DNA from: Camelus dromedarius
Taxonomy: Eukaryota
Direction: 5' to 3'
Length of the DNA: 64,000 bases
Assembly: GCF_036321535.1 (NCBI RefSeq)
Contig: NC_087447.1
Coordinates: forward strand, 33,172,001 to 33,236,000
Position numbers and translations under genes: made by a program. Positions 51,700 through 63,272 of this stretch are shown piece by piece. Position 1 is the first letter of the stretch, and each line of letters begins with the position of its first letter. The notes under the pieces were generated by a model that made no database searches, had not been told where the DNA came from, and worked only from the letters and a program-made list of their open reading frames with translations.

Positions 51700-52635
51700 A
51701 ACCCTACATCAAACTAAAAAGGTTTTGTATGGCAAAGGAAACCATCATCAAAATGAAAAGGCAACCTACTGAACAGGAGAAAAGATTTGCAAATCATGTA
51801 TCTGATAAGGGGTTAATATGCAAAATATATAAGAATTAATTCAATTCAACTGAGAAAAGCTGAACAATCTGATTTTTAAAAAGCCAGATGGTTTGAATAG
51901 ACATTTTTCCAAAGAAGACATACAAATGACCAACAGACACATAACAGGTGCTTAACATCCCTAATCATCAGGGAAATGCAAAGTAAAACCACACTGAGAT
52001 ATGACCTCACACCTGTAAGAAGGGCTATCACCCAAAACACAAGAAACAACAAGCGTTGGTGAGGAAGTGGAGAAAAAGAAACCGTCATGTACTGTTTCGG
52101 CAGAATGTAAATTGGTGCAGTGACCATGGAAAACAGTGTGGAGGTTCCTCAAAAAATTAAAAATAGAACTACCATATGATTCAGCAACTCCACTTTCGGG
52201 TATTTATCCAAAGGAAATAAAATCACCATCTCAAAAAGGCATATGCACCCCTAGGTTTATTGCAACAGCATTATTTACAACAGCCAAGATACAAAAACAA
52301 GTGTCCATCAATGGATAAATGGATAATGAAATGTGGCATGCAGATACACGATGGAATATTATTCAGCCCTTAAAAAGCAGGAAATTTTGCCATTTGTGAT
52401 GTGGATGGACCTTGAGGGCATTATGCTAAGTGAAATAAGTCCAAGGAAGACACATACCATATGCTCTCACTTGTACGTGGAAGCTGAAAAAAAATTCCGA
52501 CTCATAGAACAGATTGATGGTCACCAGAGGTGGAGGGGCAGGGGGTGGACAAAATGGATGAAGGGGATCCAAAGGCACAAACTTCTGGACGAGTATGTCG
52601 TGAAGACGGAAGGCACAACATGGTTAGTATGGGGG
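51700..52635 (+). mobile_element. L1 ORF2 C-terminal remnant plus 3' UTR (L1MA9-like)
   Basis: ORF 52136..52318 ([26 protein letters not shown]) matches the L1 ORF2p C-terminal region. The frame is broken. Confidence 0.9.
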
Positions 52636-53137
52636 TGAATAACGCTGCAATGAACATCAGTACCCAAGTGTCTGTTCAAGCCCCTGGTTTCCATTCCTTT
52701 AGGCATATACCTAGGCATGGAACTGTGGGGCCAGCTGGGAATTCTAGGCTCAGGTGTTTGAGGAACCAATGAACTGCTTTCCTACACCAAACCATTGAGG
52801 CTGCACCAAAGATGAGAGGTATCCCAAGGCTGAGAGGAGGGAAGAAAGGGCAGTTACTGCTTACTGGTTACAGGGTTCCTGTGGGGTGATGAAAAGGTTT
52901 TGCAAACAGATGGTGGTGATGGTTGCACAACGTCATGAATGGAACTTGCCAAGGAAAAGTACACCTGAAAATGGCTAAGATGTCAGGTTTTATGTCAAGT
53001 AAAATGTTAAATTTATACATACATACACATCGTAATTTGTAAAATAATGTAGCATATCAAACACCAATGATTTGCACACTCTACATCAGTGAATTGTATG
53101 GTGTGTGAATTATTATCTCAATAAAGCTGTTTAAAAA
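52635..53137. mobile_element. Mosaic of older L1 fragments (antisense ORF2 tail, then sense L1MB/ME-like 3' UTR pieces)
   Basis: gtgaataacgctgcaatgaacat...tttgaggaacc is antisense. gggtgatgaaaaggttttg...ggtgatggttgcacaac...tatctcaataaagctgt is sense. Confidence 0.75.
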
Positions 53138-53145
53138 GGAGGAGG

Positions 53146-53300
53146 GAGAACTATGTTCAATATCTGGTAGTAACTTATAATGAAAAAGAATATGAAGATG
53201 AACATATGTATGTACACGTATGACTGAAACATTATGCTGCATACCAGAAATTGAGACATTATAAACTGACTATACTTCAATAAAAAAAAAAAAAAAAAAA
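53146..53300 (+). mobile_element. Young L1 3' end fragment
   Basis: aactatgttcaatatctggtagtaacttataatg...tatacttcaat plus a long poly-A. TSD-like aaaaggaggagggaga / aaaagggaggaaggaga. Confidence 0.85.
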
Positions 53301-55482
53301 GGGAGGAAGGAGAGGAAGACAATTCCAAACCTCTAATTCTCCTTCCTCAGGGGAGACAAAAACAGGCGAGCCCCTGAGCAGCTGAACGTCGCAGAGCCAG
53401 AAAGAAAAAAACGCAGCAGATCTCAGTTCACAGCCCAGTTTTGCCACCGGTTAGCGTTCCTCCGGGGAAGTTCCCGGGTGCTTCTGAACGTGGGTTTCCA
53501 CATCTGAGGAACACGATGCGATGGCGTGCACTGCACACGTGCGCACCTGGCGCGGTGTCCCGGGCCCCAGTCATGTCTTTGGGTGCCTCTTCTCACTTCT
53601 GGGTTTAAAGGCAGCCGTTCTTGACAGGCTGTGAGGACTTGCTCTCCGGGCTTGGGGACCTAGCAAGAGGGAGACGGCTTCTCAGGTTAGTGTCGTCTGC
53701 CTGTCAGTGATGCTGCCGCCCCTGACTGGTCCCTTCACAAGATGAGGAGGGGCAGTCACCCTCTTCCATCTGGCTCTGCAGCTCCCAGTGGGCGACAGCT
53801 CAGGCAGCCTCGCTCTCCTCTTCCCCAGGATGAGAGCAGCTGCTGCTTGTGGGACTGTGTGACGGCAGGACAGCTCATCTGTTAGGGTGGAGGGTGTGTG
53901 CACGTTCTGTAATGTCTGTCGAAACTTAAAACGCCTAAGTTTAAAAACTTAGAATTTATACCTGAGGAGTTGAAACCTCCTTTAAGAGTGACAAGATCGT
54001 GGATTCTTAACTAAATAAAAGGCTGATAACAGAGCAGAATTGGTCTTTCCATCTTAGGAAAATCAACTTAATCTTGGGAAAATAAATTTTAAATACCCAT
54101 CATCATCATCATCATCACAATAGGAATAGTAATAATAATGACACTTCCTTGAGATTAAAAAAATACCAAGATCCCTCCTTTTAGATACACATTGAGGTCT
54201 AATTCAAACACCTGCCTTAATAAAAAAAAAATGTGAAAAAAACAAACAAAAAAAACAAAGACATGCCTGAGAGTTGCAAACAAATTTTAGAATTAAAAAA
54301 AAAAAAAAAACCCCTCCACAGAATAATAAGGGAAGGAGAGGCAGAGAAGGGGGGGTTGCTGGAGATGGAATTGGGAGATACTGATGATCAAATGCTTCCC
54401 TAAAAATACTTACTGGGGAGAAAAGCTAGAGGAAGAAAACAGGACCAGAGCTCAACCAATGACAGCCCCATCCTCCTCTGGGCCTCACACACCGAAGCCC
54501 ATGGGGCACGTAATTCAAGCTGAAGATTCTTTTACCAAGTGGTACCACCACGGCTCTCTAAAAAGCCCCATAAGAAGTTACGGCTGGTCTTTCCAAGGAG
54601 TGCACACTGTTTGGGTGGTGCAGGGACAAGGGTGGGCAGGGGTTTTCTCTGTGAGTTCCTAGGGATGAAGGTGCTTACCTGGGCCTGGCCCTGGGACCCT
54701 CACTCTGCCTTCAGGAGCTCAGGGGGGGGCAGGAACTCTGACGGAGGGTAGTGGTTACAGAGATGAGCCAGCTTGGCCAGGGCGTCCACAGGGAATAAGG
54801 GGAGGCCAGGGCATAAACCAAGAAGGACATTAAAGCTGAAGGCCCCTTGGAGGAAATATGCCTGGAAGAGCCCCAAGGAGGTAATGAGTACTCCAACCAG
54901 CAAAGGGCATGACACCAGCGGCCCTAACAGGTGAGGAAGGGTGTACACGACTGTTAAGGGAGGAGGTGAGAAACGGGAAGAATAACCAGAGGAAAGGCCC
55001 AGCGCGGGAAGGAGGCACAGTGAATGCGACTTCGCAGAACTGAAAGTGAGTGAAGGAACCAAACAGAACTGGGGAGAGCGGGAGGACGGCGAGCACCAGC
55101 AGGCTTGAAGGCGTATAAAGAGTCTGCACCTCATCTCCGAGGTTACCGGGCATACAGGCACGATGTGAAAATGCGAGCTGCTGGAGGGTAGCAGTTCTTG
55201 GACAAGGGAAGTTTGAAAATACTTTTATTTCATTCTTCAAGAAAATATTCACAAGGTGTGTACACCTGTTAACAGGAGCAATTTTTGACTACTGCTCTGC
55301 TCACTGTTGTAGATCTGTTAAGGAAAGAATAAATTAGTAGAATCACTAAAGTGGTTTAAACTGGAGAATGACTTGATCATGGATGTCTTTTTAAAAGATC
55401 ATTCTGGAACCGTGTGGGTGGTAGACGGAGAAGATCGTGAGCTTGAGGCTGAAAGAGTCTACCCAGGGATGGAAGCTGATTG

Positions 55483-55668
55483 GTTTTTCATTGATTTTAC
55501 ATGTTGTGTTAGTTTCTGGTTCACAGCATAGTGATTCAGTTATACACATACATATTCCTTTTCACATTCTTTTTCATTATAGGTTATTATGAGACATCAA
55601 ATACAGTTCCCGGTACCATCCAGTAGGACCTTGTGGTTTATCTATTTTATACAGTAGTTAGTATCTGC
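55483..55668 (-). mobile_element. Young L1 3' end fragment
   Basis: atgttgtgttagtttctgg...cagcatagtgattcagttata...cagtaggaccttg...tatctgc. Confidence 0.85.
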
Positions 55669-56625
55669 AGGGGATAGGAGTTCATGATTTTAGGGACAGA
55701 GCAGCTAAGTGACAAGGTCAAGAGCATCCTGAAGTGGTACAGGAGCAAAGGTGACTGCAGTCCTACAGATAAAAACCTCCCAGGCTGGCCATTCACCTAC
55801 AATGATGGCAGAGCTTAGCATAGAGCTGAAGCCCGAGTGGCCAGGTACCAAAGACCTCCATGAGTGAGGGGGGGCAGCCAGGAGATTTGTCACTGACAGC
55901 AACGAGAAAGGACAGCAGGTGTCATGAGCAGATGGCTGGGACTCCAACACAGAAAAGGTTTTGTAGGAGGAAGAAAGAAACCACTCTAGATGCAGCAAAG
56001 CTGTCTTTAGAGAAGCTCATGTCATCTCTGGGCTCCAAGGTACATTAGGTGTTGCAGAAAATGCAGCCTCCTTTCAGAGAGCTGGAGGAGAGCTGCACCG
56101 CCAGAAGAACTCAAAGAGGCTGAACAATGGAGGGACATCATTCCGCAAAGAGTCTGAGGATGTGGGGGCATTTGTTTAGGAGACAAGGGTTCCAGAGAAC
56201 GCAGTGTGGTGGGAGGAAAAAGAGCAGGCAGAAGGAACAATCAGCTCAAAGGACAAACAAAATACAACTGGAAGCCCAGTCTAGGAGATAACTGATCAGA
56301 AGACCTGGCAGTTCATGCAGGGAGTGAAGACGATGGGCCTGGGAGGCAGTGTGGCTCCAACAAGCCCGGGGGATGGTCGCAGGCAAGGGCAAAGGCCAGA
56401 GAGAGCTGTTCACCAACAGGTAGAGCCCGTGCTGGGGACAACACTAACGCCAGAGAGGATTTTTGGCCAATGAAGAGGAAGTTCTTTTTGGTCAAGGAAG
56501 AGACAGAGCTAATGGTGGCCACACCATGTGGCTTGTGACCAGGTGGTAAAAGATGGACTTTGCATCTTTTACAAGGGTAACCACTACAGTGTGTCACCTG
56601 CAGTCCTGAGCTGGGGTCCTGCTTT

Positions 56626-56807
56626 CAGTAGTGTTGCTGCCACTTGAATGGGCTCAGGAGGGTGAACTACATGCACATCTTCCCCAATCCAATCAGTGGC
56701 TGCGCAGTGGGAGTATTAAAAACACAGAAATCAACAAACTCTACAAATCACGTCCCCTGCTCCCCAAATCCCTGGACAAACGTTCAGCATTTATCAGCAC
56801 CCCACTG
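56626..56807 (+). mobile_element. MER63A-like hAT (Blackjack) non-autonomous DNA transposon
   Basis: Termini cagtagtg...ccccactg. Internal gtgggagtatt...gaaatc...ctacaaatca...catttatcagcac. 8-bp TSD cctgcttt (56618-56625) / cctgcctt (56808-56815). Confidence 0.8.
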
Positions 56808-57369
56808 CCTGCCTTGTCCTTGTTCCCGTAACTCTTGGGAAATGACACTCATGCCTCACACTCCAAGCTGCCTCTTCTCTACCCTGATCTCAGCAGACCA
56901 CCCTCACGAGAACTGCCTGCCTGCGTAGACTTCCACAATGACTCTGTTCCAAGTGCTGCCTTCCCTTTCAGGTGCTCTCACCCTAGACCTACTCCTGGGC
57001 CTCCTGGGTCCCACACCCTCCCGCTGAGTGCCCACCTCCACCTCCTTGCTCTCCAGCTACCAGGTCTTTGTGTGATAAATACTAACAGCAGACAGGTAGA
57101 TTTGAATGTAGATTCCCCTTCTCTACCTTGCTATGTGATCCTGTCTACAAAATGGTGATTTTGTAGAAATATCCACATTGGATTATTTTTAAGAATTAAT
57201 TGATCAAGAATATAAATCACCTAGAATTGTGCCTGAAAGGCAGAAAGGCCTCAATTTTTTTTTCCTCACTCACTCCAGAAAGCAGATATTATTTTTGGGG
57301 GAAGTATGCAGTACTTCTGTGTGCCAGACACTGTTCTAAGCTCTTTACATACATTAACTCATTTAATTC
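56727..57369 (+). repeat. Inverted repeat, arm A (parental copy)
   Basis: Aligns along its length to the reverse complement of 61093-61755. Confidence 0.95.
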
Positions 57370-57540
57370 TCACTAAAACCTTATGTAGTAGTCCCATTAT
57401 TCATCCCACTTTACAGACTGGGAAAACTAAGGCCTCGAAGAGTTCAGTCATTTGCCTACAGTCATACAGCTAATACCTACTAGAGCCAGGATCCAAAGCC
57501 AGGCAGTTAGCTTCACAGTGCTCACCCTTCCCTGCTGAGC
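57290..57540 (-). mobile_element. MIR SINE
   Basis: gtgccagacactgttctaagctctttaca...ctcatttaattctcac...cccactttacaga...catttgcctacagtcatacagcta. Confidence 0.85.
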
Positions 57541-58369
57541 TACCTTCCCAGTAGCCCCCTTTCCCTATTCTCTCTGCCCCTAGTCCCCATGGATATTTCT
57601 AGTCTGCCTAACTTCCCAATCAACCCTAAGTCACTACTGACCAAAATCCTGACCTCCTGAGTCCTAGGAATGGGCTTGAACCATAAAGAGAATGATCAAG
57701 CTATTCAGTAAATGTGATAGTTATACAAACAGAAACAGAGACAAACCACACCACTTTGGAATAGGCAGTGCCACTTCTCACGCTGTTCCCTTGATTTGGG
57801 ATGCTCCACTCACTTGTCTTTCAAGAAAATATATGTGCATCATTCAGAGCCCATCTCAAGTTTCCCTCCACAAAGGTCCCTGCATTGCCATTCCCTGTCT
57901 TTCCACTGAATCCCCGGTGGTGCCTGGACATACTCCTGATTCAGGACCTACCCTGACAGAAGAACCACTATATCGCCTCAACGTCTATAAAGTCGATTTC
58001 TGTAAAGCTGTGTTATCCTGCCATCACTTATATATCTATCTATTTCCCCACCGGACTCATTTTTTTCCCCCCAAACAGAGCGGCTATCTTAGGGACATCT
58101 CTGTTTGCTTAACACCATAACACACAGCACTTACTATCAATTATGGGCTAAGTAACATTTGAAAACAAGTGATTGAGGATGAATAATTGGATGGATGGAT
58201 AAATAACAAAAAGCAATGGGTAAGACCTATGATGAGTATCTTATATATTAAAATAAAGAATCAGAGGCATGTCAGATAACAGTTGGCCCTGTAATGATCA
58301 CTTTTTCTAATGCCTAGTTCCTTAGCTGAACACTCATAAAAATTTATTTTAAAAATGTTCGCCCTCTAG

Positions 58370-61090
58370 GGACTGAAGCAGTTCAAGACAGTGGTGTAAG
58401 AAGATCCTAACCTCTCCTCCTCTCACGGACACACGAACTCTACAGCTACATGTCAAACAACTCCCTCCAAAGAACACCTGAAAGCTGGCCGAACAGCCCC
58501 TCCACAACGAAGGAGAAAAGGGCCACATCAAGATGGGCAGAAGAGGCAGCGATGGGGTCCCGCCACAACCCTACCCAGGCCCACTAATCCCCCATCAGGA
58601 GAAATCTCACAAATTTGGACCTTGTCCTGGGGGAGCAAGGGGCTCATGTCCCACATCAGGCATACCAGCACTGGAATCTGTACCAGAGAGACAGACTCCC
58701 AAAATGATGGGTTTTGAAAGCCAATAGACCTTCTGTCCTAAACCCAAGGGCTGTAGGAACTGAGATTCCACTCTTCAAACACAGAAAGCCGAGGAAAGTG
58801 AGGAAACAGAGGAGTATATTCCAAATAAAAGAAAAAGATAAAACCCTAGTAAAAAAAAAAAAAAAGTTTAATGAAATAAAGATCCAAAATTTACCTGATA
58901 AAATATTCGAAGTAATGGTCATTAAGATGCTCACCAAATTTAGGAGAAGAGATGAACACAGTGAGAACGTGAACAAAGAGAAGGAGAAAAAGAAAGGAAG
59001 GAAGGAAGGGAGGAAGGAAGGAACAGAGGAAGGGAAAAAAAAGGAAAGGAAAGGGAAAGGAAAGGAAAACCAAACAGAAGTCACAGAGCTAAGGAAAGCA
59101 ATACCTGAACTGAAAAACACACTAGAGGGGTTGACCAGCAGACTAGATGAAGCAGGAGGAAAGCAGCTGATCCGTGAACAGGGCAGTGGAACTCACCCAA
59201 ACAGAGCAGCAAAATGAATAAAGAATTTTAAAAAGTGAAGATAGCTTAAGGGACCTATAGAACAAGATCAAGCGGCACAAGGCACACTATAGGGGTCTCA
59301 GAAAGAGGAGAGAGAAAGGGGCAGAAAACTTATGTGAAGAAATGGTGTCTGTAAACCTCCCTAACCTGGGGAAGGAAACAAACATCTAGACCTAGGAATC
59401 CCCAACAAGAGGAACTCAAAGAGATCCACACCAAGACACGTTAAAATGTCGAAAGTTAAAGACAAAAATCTTAAGCGCAGTAAGAAAAAAACAACTTGTT
59501 ACGTACATGGCAACACCCATAAGGCTCTGAGCAGGTTTTTCAGCAGAAACTTTGCAGGCCAGCCAGAAGACAGTAGCATGATGTATTCAAACTGCTGAAA
59601 GGAAAAAACTTCCAACCAAGAATGCTCCACGCAGCAAAGTTATAATTCAGAATTTAAGAGATTAGAGTTTTCCAGACAAGCACAAATTAAAGGAATCCAT
59701 CATCACTAAACTAGCCTTAGAAGAAGTGTTAGAGAGATTTCTTTCAGCTGAAAAGAGCAGTAATCAGTAATAAGAAAACATGTGAAAGCAAAGCTCTCAC
59801 AGGTAAAGGTAAATATATAGTAAGAACAGTGGATTAACCACTTTAAAAGGTAGCATGAAGGTTAAAAGGTAAAAATAGTAAGATTAACTTGTGTACAACA
59901 ATTAATTAAGGGATACACAAAATAGGAAGATAAAGTAAGGCATAAAAGGCATGAAATGTTGGGAGAGGGAGTAAAAACGTAGTGTTTACAATGCATTCAA
60001 ACTTAACCTTGCTAGCAACATAAAATAGACTTTTGCATCTACAGGCTCTTATGCATATGAGCCTCATGAGAACCACAAAGCAAAAACCTACAGTAAACTC
60101 AAAGAAGATAATGAGAAAGAAATCTAAACATAACATTAAAGCAAGTCATCAAATCAAAAAGGAAGGCAGATAAGAGAAGAAAGGAACAGACAAGGACTAC
60201 AAGACAGCCAGAAAACAATCAATAAAATGGCAATAAATACACACTTATCAATGATTACTTTAAATATAAATAGACTAAAATTTCCAATCAAAAGACCTAG
60301 AGTGGCTGAATGGAAAAAAACAAAACAAACAAGACCCATCATTATGCTGCCTGTAAGATACTTCAGGTGTAAGGACACACACAGAGAGTGAAGGGATGGA
60401 AAAGTTGTTTCATGCAAATACAAACCTGAGGAAAGCTGAGGTAGCTGTACTATGTAAGACAAACTAGACTTTAAAACAAATACTGTAATGAAAGAAAAAG
60501 ATGGTCATTACATAAGGATATCATGGCAAATGCTAGATCAACAAAAAGATAAAACATTTGTAAATAGTTATGCATTCGACATAGGAGCACCTGTATATAT
60601 AAAGTAAGGATTACGAGAACAAAAAGGAAGAAACTGACAGCAGTGCAGTAACAGCAGGGGAATTTAACAGCCAACTTACATCAATGGCTAGATCATTCTA
60701 ACAAAAAAAAGTGTAAGGAAATATAAACATTAAATGACACATTAGACCAACAGACTTTACAGACATATAAAGAACATGCATCAAAAAGCAGCAAACTCCA
60801 GTGTCCTCAAGCGCACACAGAACACTCTCCAGGACAGGTCACATTAGGCCAAAAAACAAGTCTCAGTAAATTTAAGACGACTGAATTCATACCAAGCATT
60901 TTCCCCAAATACAATGCTATGAAACCAGAAATCAATTCCAAGAAGAAAAGTGGAAAAATCATAACTATGTGGGGACTAAAAACATGCTACTGAGCAACGA
61001 GTCAATAAAAAATCAAAGAAAAAAAAATACCTTGAGACAAATGAAAATGGAAATACAACATGTCAAAATCCAAGAGATGCAGCAAAAGCT
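58370..61090 (+). mobile_element. Old L1: 5' UTR, ORF1 remnant and ORF2 endonuclease remnant, truncated by the inverted duplication
   Basis: ORF 58714..59217 contains ORF1p-like RKQRSIFQIKEKDK...LPDKIFEVMVIKML...ELKNTLEGLTSRLDEA. An ORF2 start-like atggcaataaatacacacttatcaatgattactttaaat lies near 60227. The element ends at gatgcagcaaaagc. Confidence 0.9.
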
Positions 61091-61092
61091 AC

Positions 61093-61755
61093 GAATTAAA
61101 TGAGCTAATACATGCAAAGAGCTTAGAACAGCATCTGGCACACAGAAGTACTATGCATTTCCAATAATAATAGTAATAATAATAATTTCTGCTTCCTCAA
61201 GTGAATGAGAAAAGAACGGAGGCCCTTCTGCCTTTCAGGCACAATTCTAGGTGATTTATATACTTGATTAACTAATTCTTAAAAATAATCCAGAATGGGT
61301 ATTTCTACAAAATCGCCATTTTGTAGACAAGAGTCACATAGCAAGGTAGAGAAGGAGAATCTACATTCAAATCTACCTGTCTGCTGTTAGTATTTATCAC
61401 ACAGAGACCTGGTAGCTGGAGAGCAAGGAGGTGGAGGTGGGCACTCAGCGGGAGGGTGTGGGACCCAGGAGGCCCAGGGGTAGGTCTAGGGTGAGAGCAC
61501 CTGAAAGGGAAGGCAGCACTTGGAACAGAGTCATTGTGGAAGTCTACGCAGGCAGGCAGTTCTCGTGAGGGTGGTCTGCTGAGATCAGGGTAGAGCAGGT
61601 GAGATCAGGGTAGAGAAGAGGCAGCTTGGAGTCTGAGTGTCATTTCCCAAGTTACGGGAACAAGGACAAGGTAGGCAGTGGGGTGCTGGTAAATGTTGAA
61701 CGTTTGTCAAGGGATTTGGGGAGCAGGGGACCTGATTTGTAGTTTACTGATTTCC
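61093..61755 (-). repeat. Inverted repeat, arm B (derived copy inserted in the L1)
   Basis: Reverse complement of 56727-57369. It carries truncated MIR and MER63 ends and an extra local duplication (gagatcagggtagag twice, near 61580-61615). Confidence 0.95.
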
Positions 61756-62456
61756 AAGAATAAAATCTTGCCATTTACAACAACATGGATGGACCTTTGG
61801 GGTACAGCTGGCCTTGGCCTTGAACAACACAAGGGTTAATTCATGTATAACTTACACTTGGCCCTCCATTTCCATGGTTCCTCTCCATCTGTGGGCTCAA
61901 CCAACCATGGGCTATGAAGTTCTGTAGTATTTGCTATTGAAAAATATCCGGTATAAGTGGACCTATGCAGTTTACATCTATGTTTTTCAAAGGTCAATTT
62001 TGTGATATGGTGAGTAAAATAAGTCAGACAAGGACAATTACCATATTATTTCACTTGTACATGGAATCTAAAAAAACAAATGAACAATCAAAACTCATAG
62101 ATATGGAGAACAGACTGGTGACTGCCAGAAAGGAAGAGGGTGGTGGTGGGCAAAACGGGTGAAGAGTGTGTCAAGAGGAACCAACTTCCAGTTATAAAAT
62201 AAACCAGTCTTGGGGATACAACGCAGAGCATGATGACTATAGTTAATAATACTGTATCGCATATTTGAAAGTTGATGAAAGAGTAAATCTTAGTACTCAC
62301 GGGAAGGAAAAAAATCTTGTCACTTTGTATGGTGACAGATGGTAACTAGGTTTACTGTGGGCATCATTCTACAGTGTATACAAACGTCGAACCATTATGT
62401 TGTACACTTGAAACTAACATAATGTTATATGTCACTTATACCTTGATTAAAAAAAT
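61756..62456 (+). mobile_element. L1MA9-like 3' end, probably the same element as 58370-61090
   Basis: aagaataaaatcttgccatttacaacaacatggatggacc...aacttccagttataaaat...tgtacacttgaaactaacataatgttatatgtca followed by an A-rich end. Confidence 0.85.
61805..62003 (-). mobile_element. MER8-like Tigger-derived MITE nested in the L1 3' end
   Basis: ta|cag...ccttgaacaacac at the left end and aaaatatccggtataagtggacc...ttcaaaggtcaa at the right end, i.e. Tigger3/MER8-type termini. Confidence 0.7.
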
Positions 62457-63049
62457 GGCCTCTGAAATAGAACATGAACCTCCATAGGTCACCACCCACT
62501 CCTATCCATGTCCTGTGCATTTGCTATCAGCTTCAGAAATAACCTCATTTATTCACTAGGTCCCATTTCTCACATAACTGGGTTATTTAAACCACAGTTA
62601 AATGAAGGTCAGTTTTCAACTAGCTGGAAATTCCTCTAGGTATATTTTATAATGCAAAAAATATTCTGAGGTTTTTATCTAAGCTTTTTAAACAGTGGAG
62701 TAAAATCTATTGAATAACATGATATATTTCCCAGCTCTAGAAGAGGTCTTGAGAGAATGGGGGTATCTGTTGGTGAGAGGGTATTTAGCCACAAATGAAC
62801 TGCCTGACATTGTCTTAGGTAAAATATATGTCGTATAAAAACAGCTACAGTTTGTTGAACACCTATTTTGTGCCAGGAAATGTGCAAATGTGCATTCATT
62901 CGCTTTAATCTACGTAATTCTGCAAGGCATAAATTTTTTGTTTGTTTCACAGAAAAGGAATCAAGCTTTGGAAAAGGTAATTAAGTTTCCTAAGGTCATA
63001 CGAGTTCCAAGGGGCAAAGCTGGGGTTGAAATCTACTTAATTTTAGTTA

Positions 63050-63125
63050 TTTAATGTTCTTTCCTGAAGTATAGTTGATTTACAATGTTGTGTTAGCCTC
63101 TGGTGTATAGCACAGTGATTCAGTG

Positions 63126-63179
<54 letters not shown>

Positions 63180-63272
63180 TTTTTTGTATTTTTTTTATTA
63201 TTACAAGCTATTGAATATAGTTCCCTGTGCTATAAAATAGATCTTTGTTGTTTATCTATTTTGTATATTGAA
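63050..63272 (-). mobile_element. Young L1 3' end fragment with an internal (TA)n microsatellite (63131-63177), inserted in a MIR
   Basis: gaagtatagttgatttacaatgttgtgttag...ttgaatatagttccctgtgcta. ttgaaatct / ttgaatct flank the insert, and MIR sequence lies at 62850-63030. Confidence 0.85.

Noticed and set aside
57144..57167. Hairpin tctacaaaat-ggtg-attttgtaga as a terminator or functional RNA
   Set aside because: It has only 10-bp AT-rich arms in MIR-like sequence. It appears twice only because of the inverted duplication.
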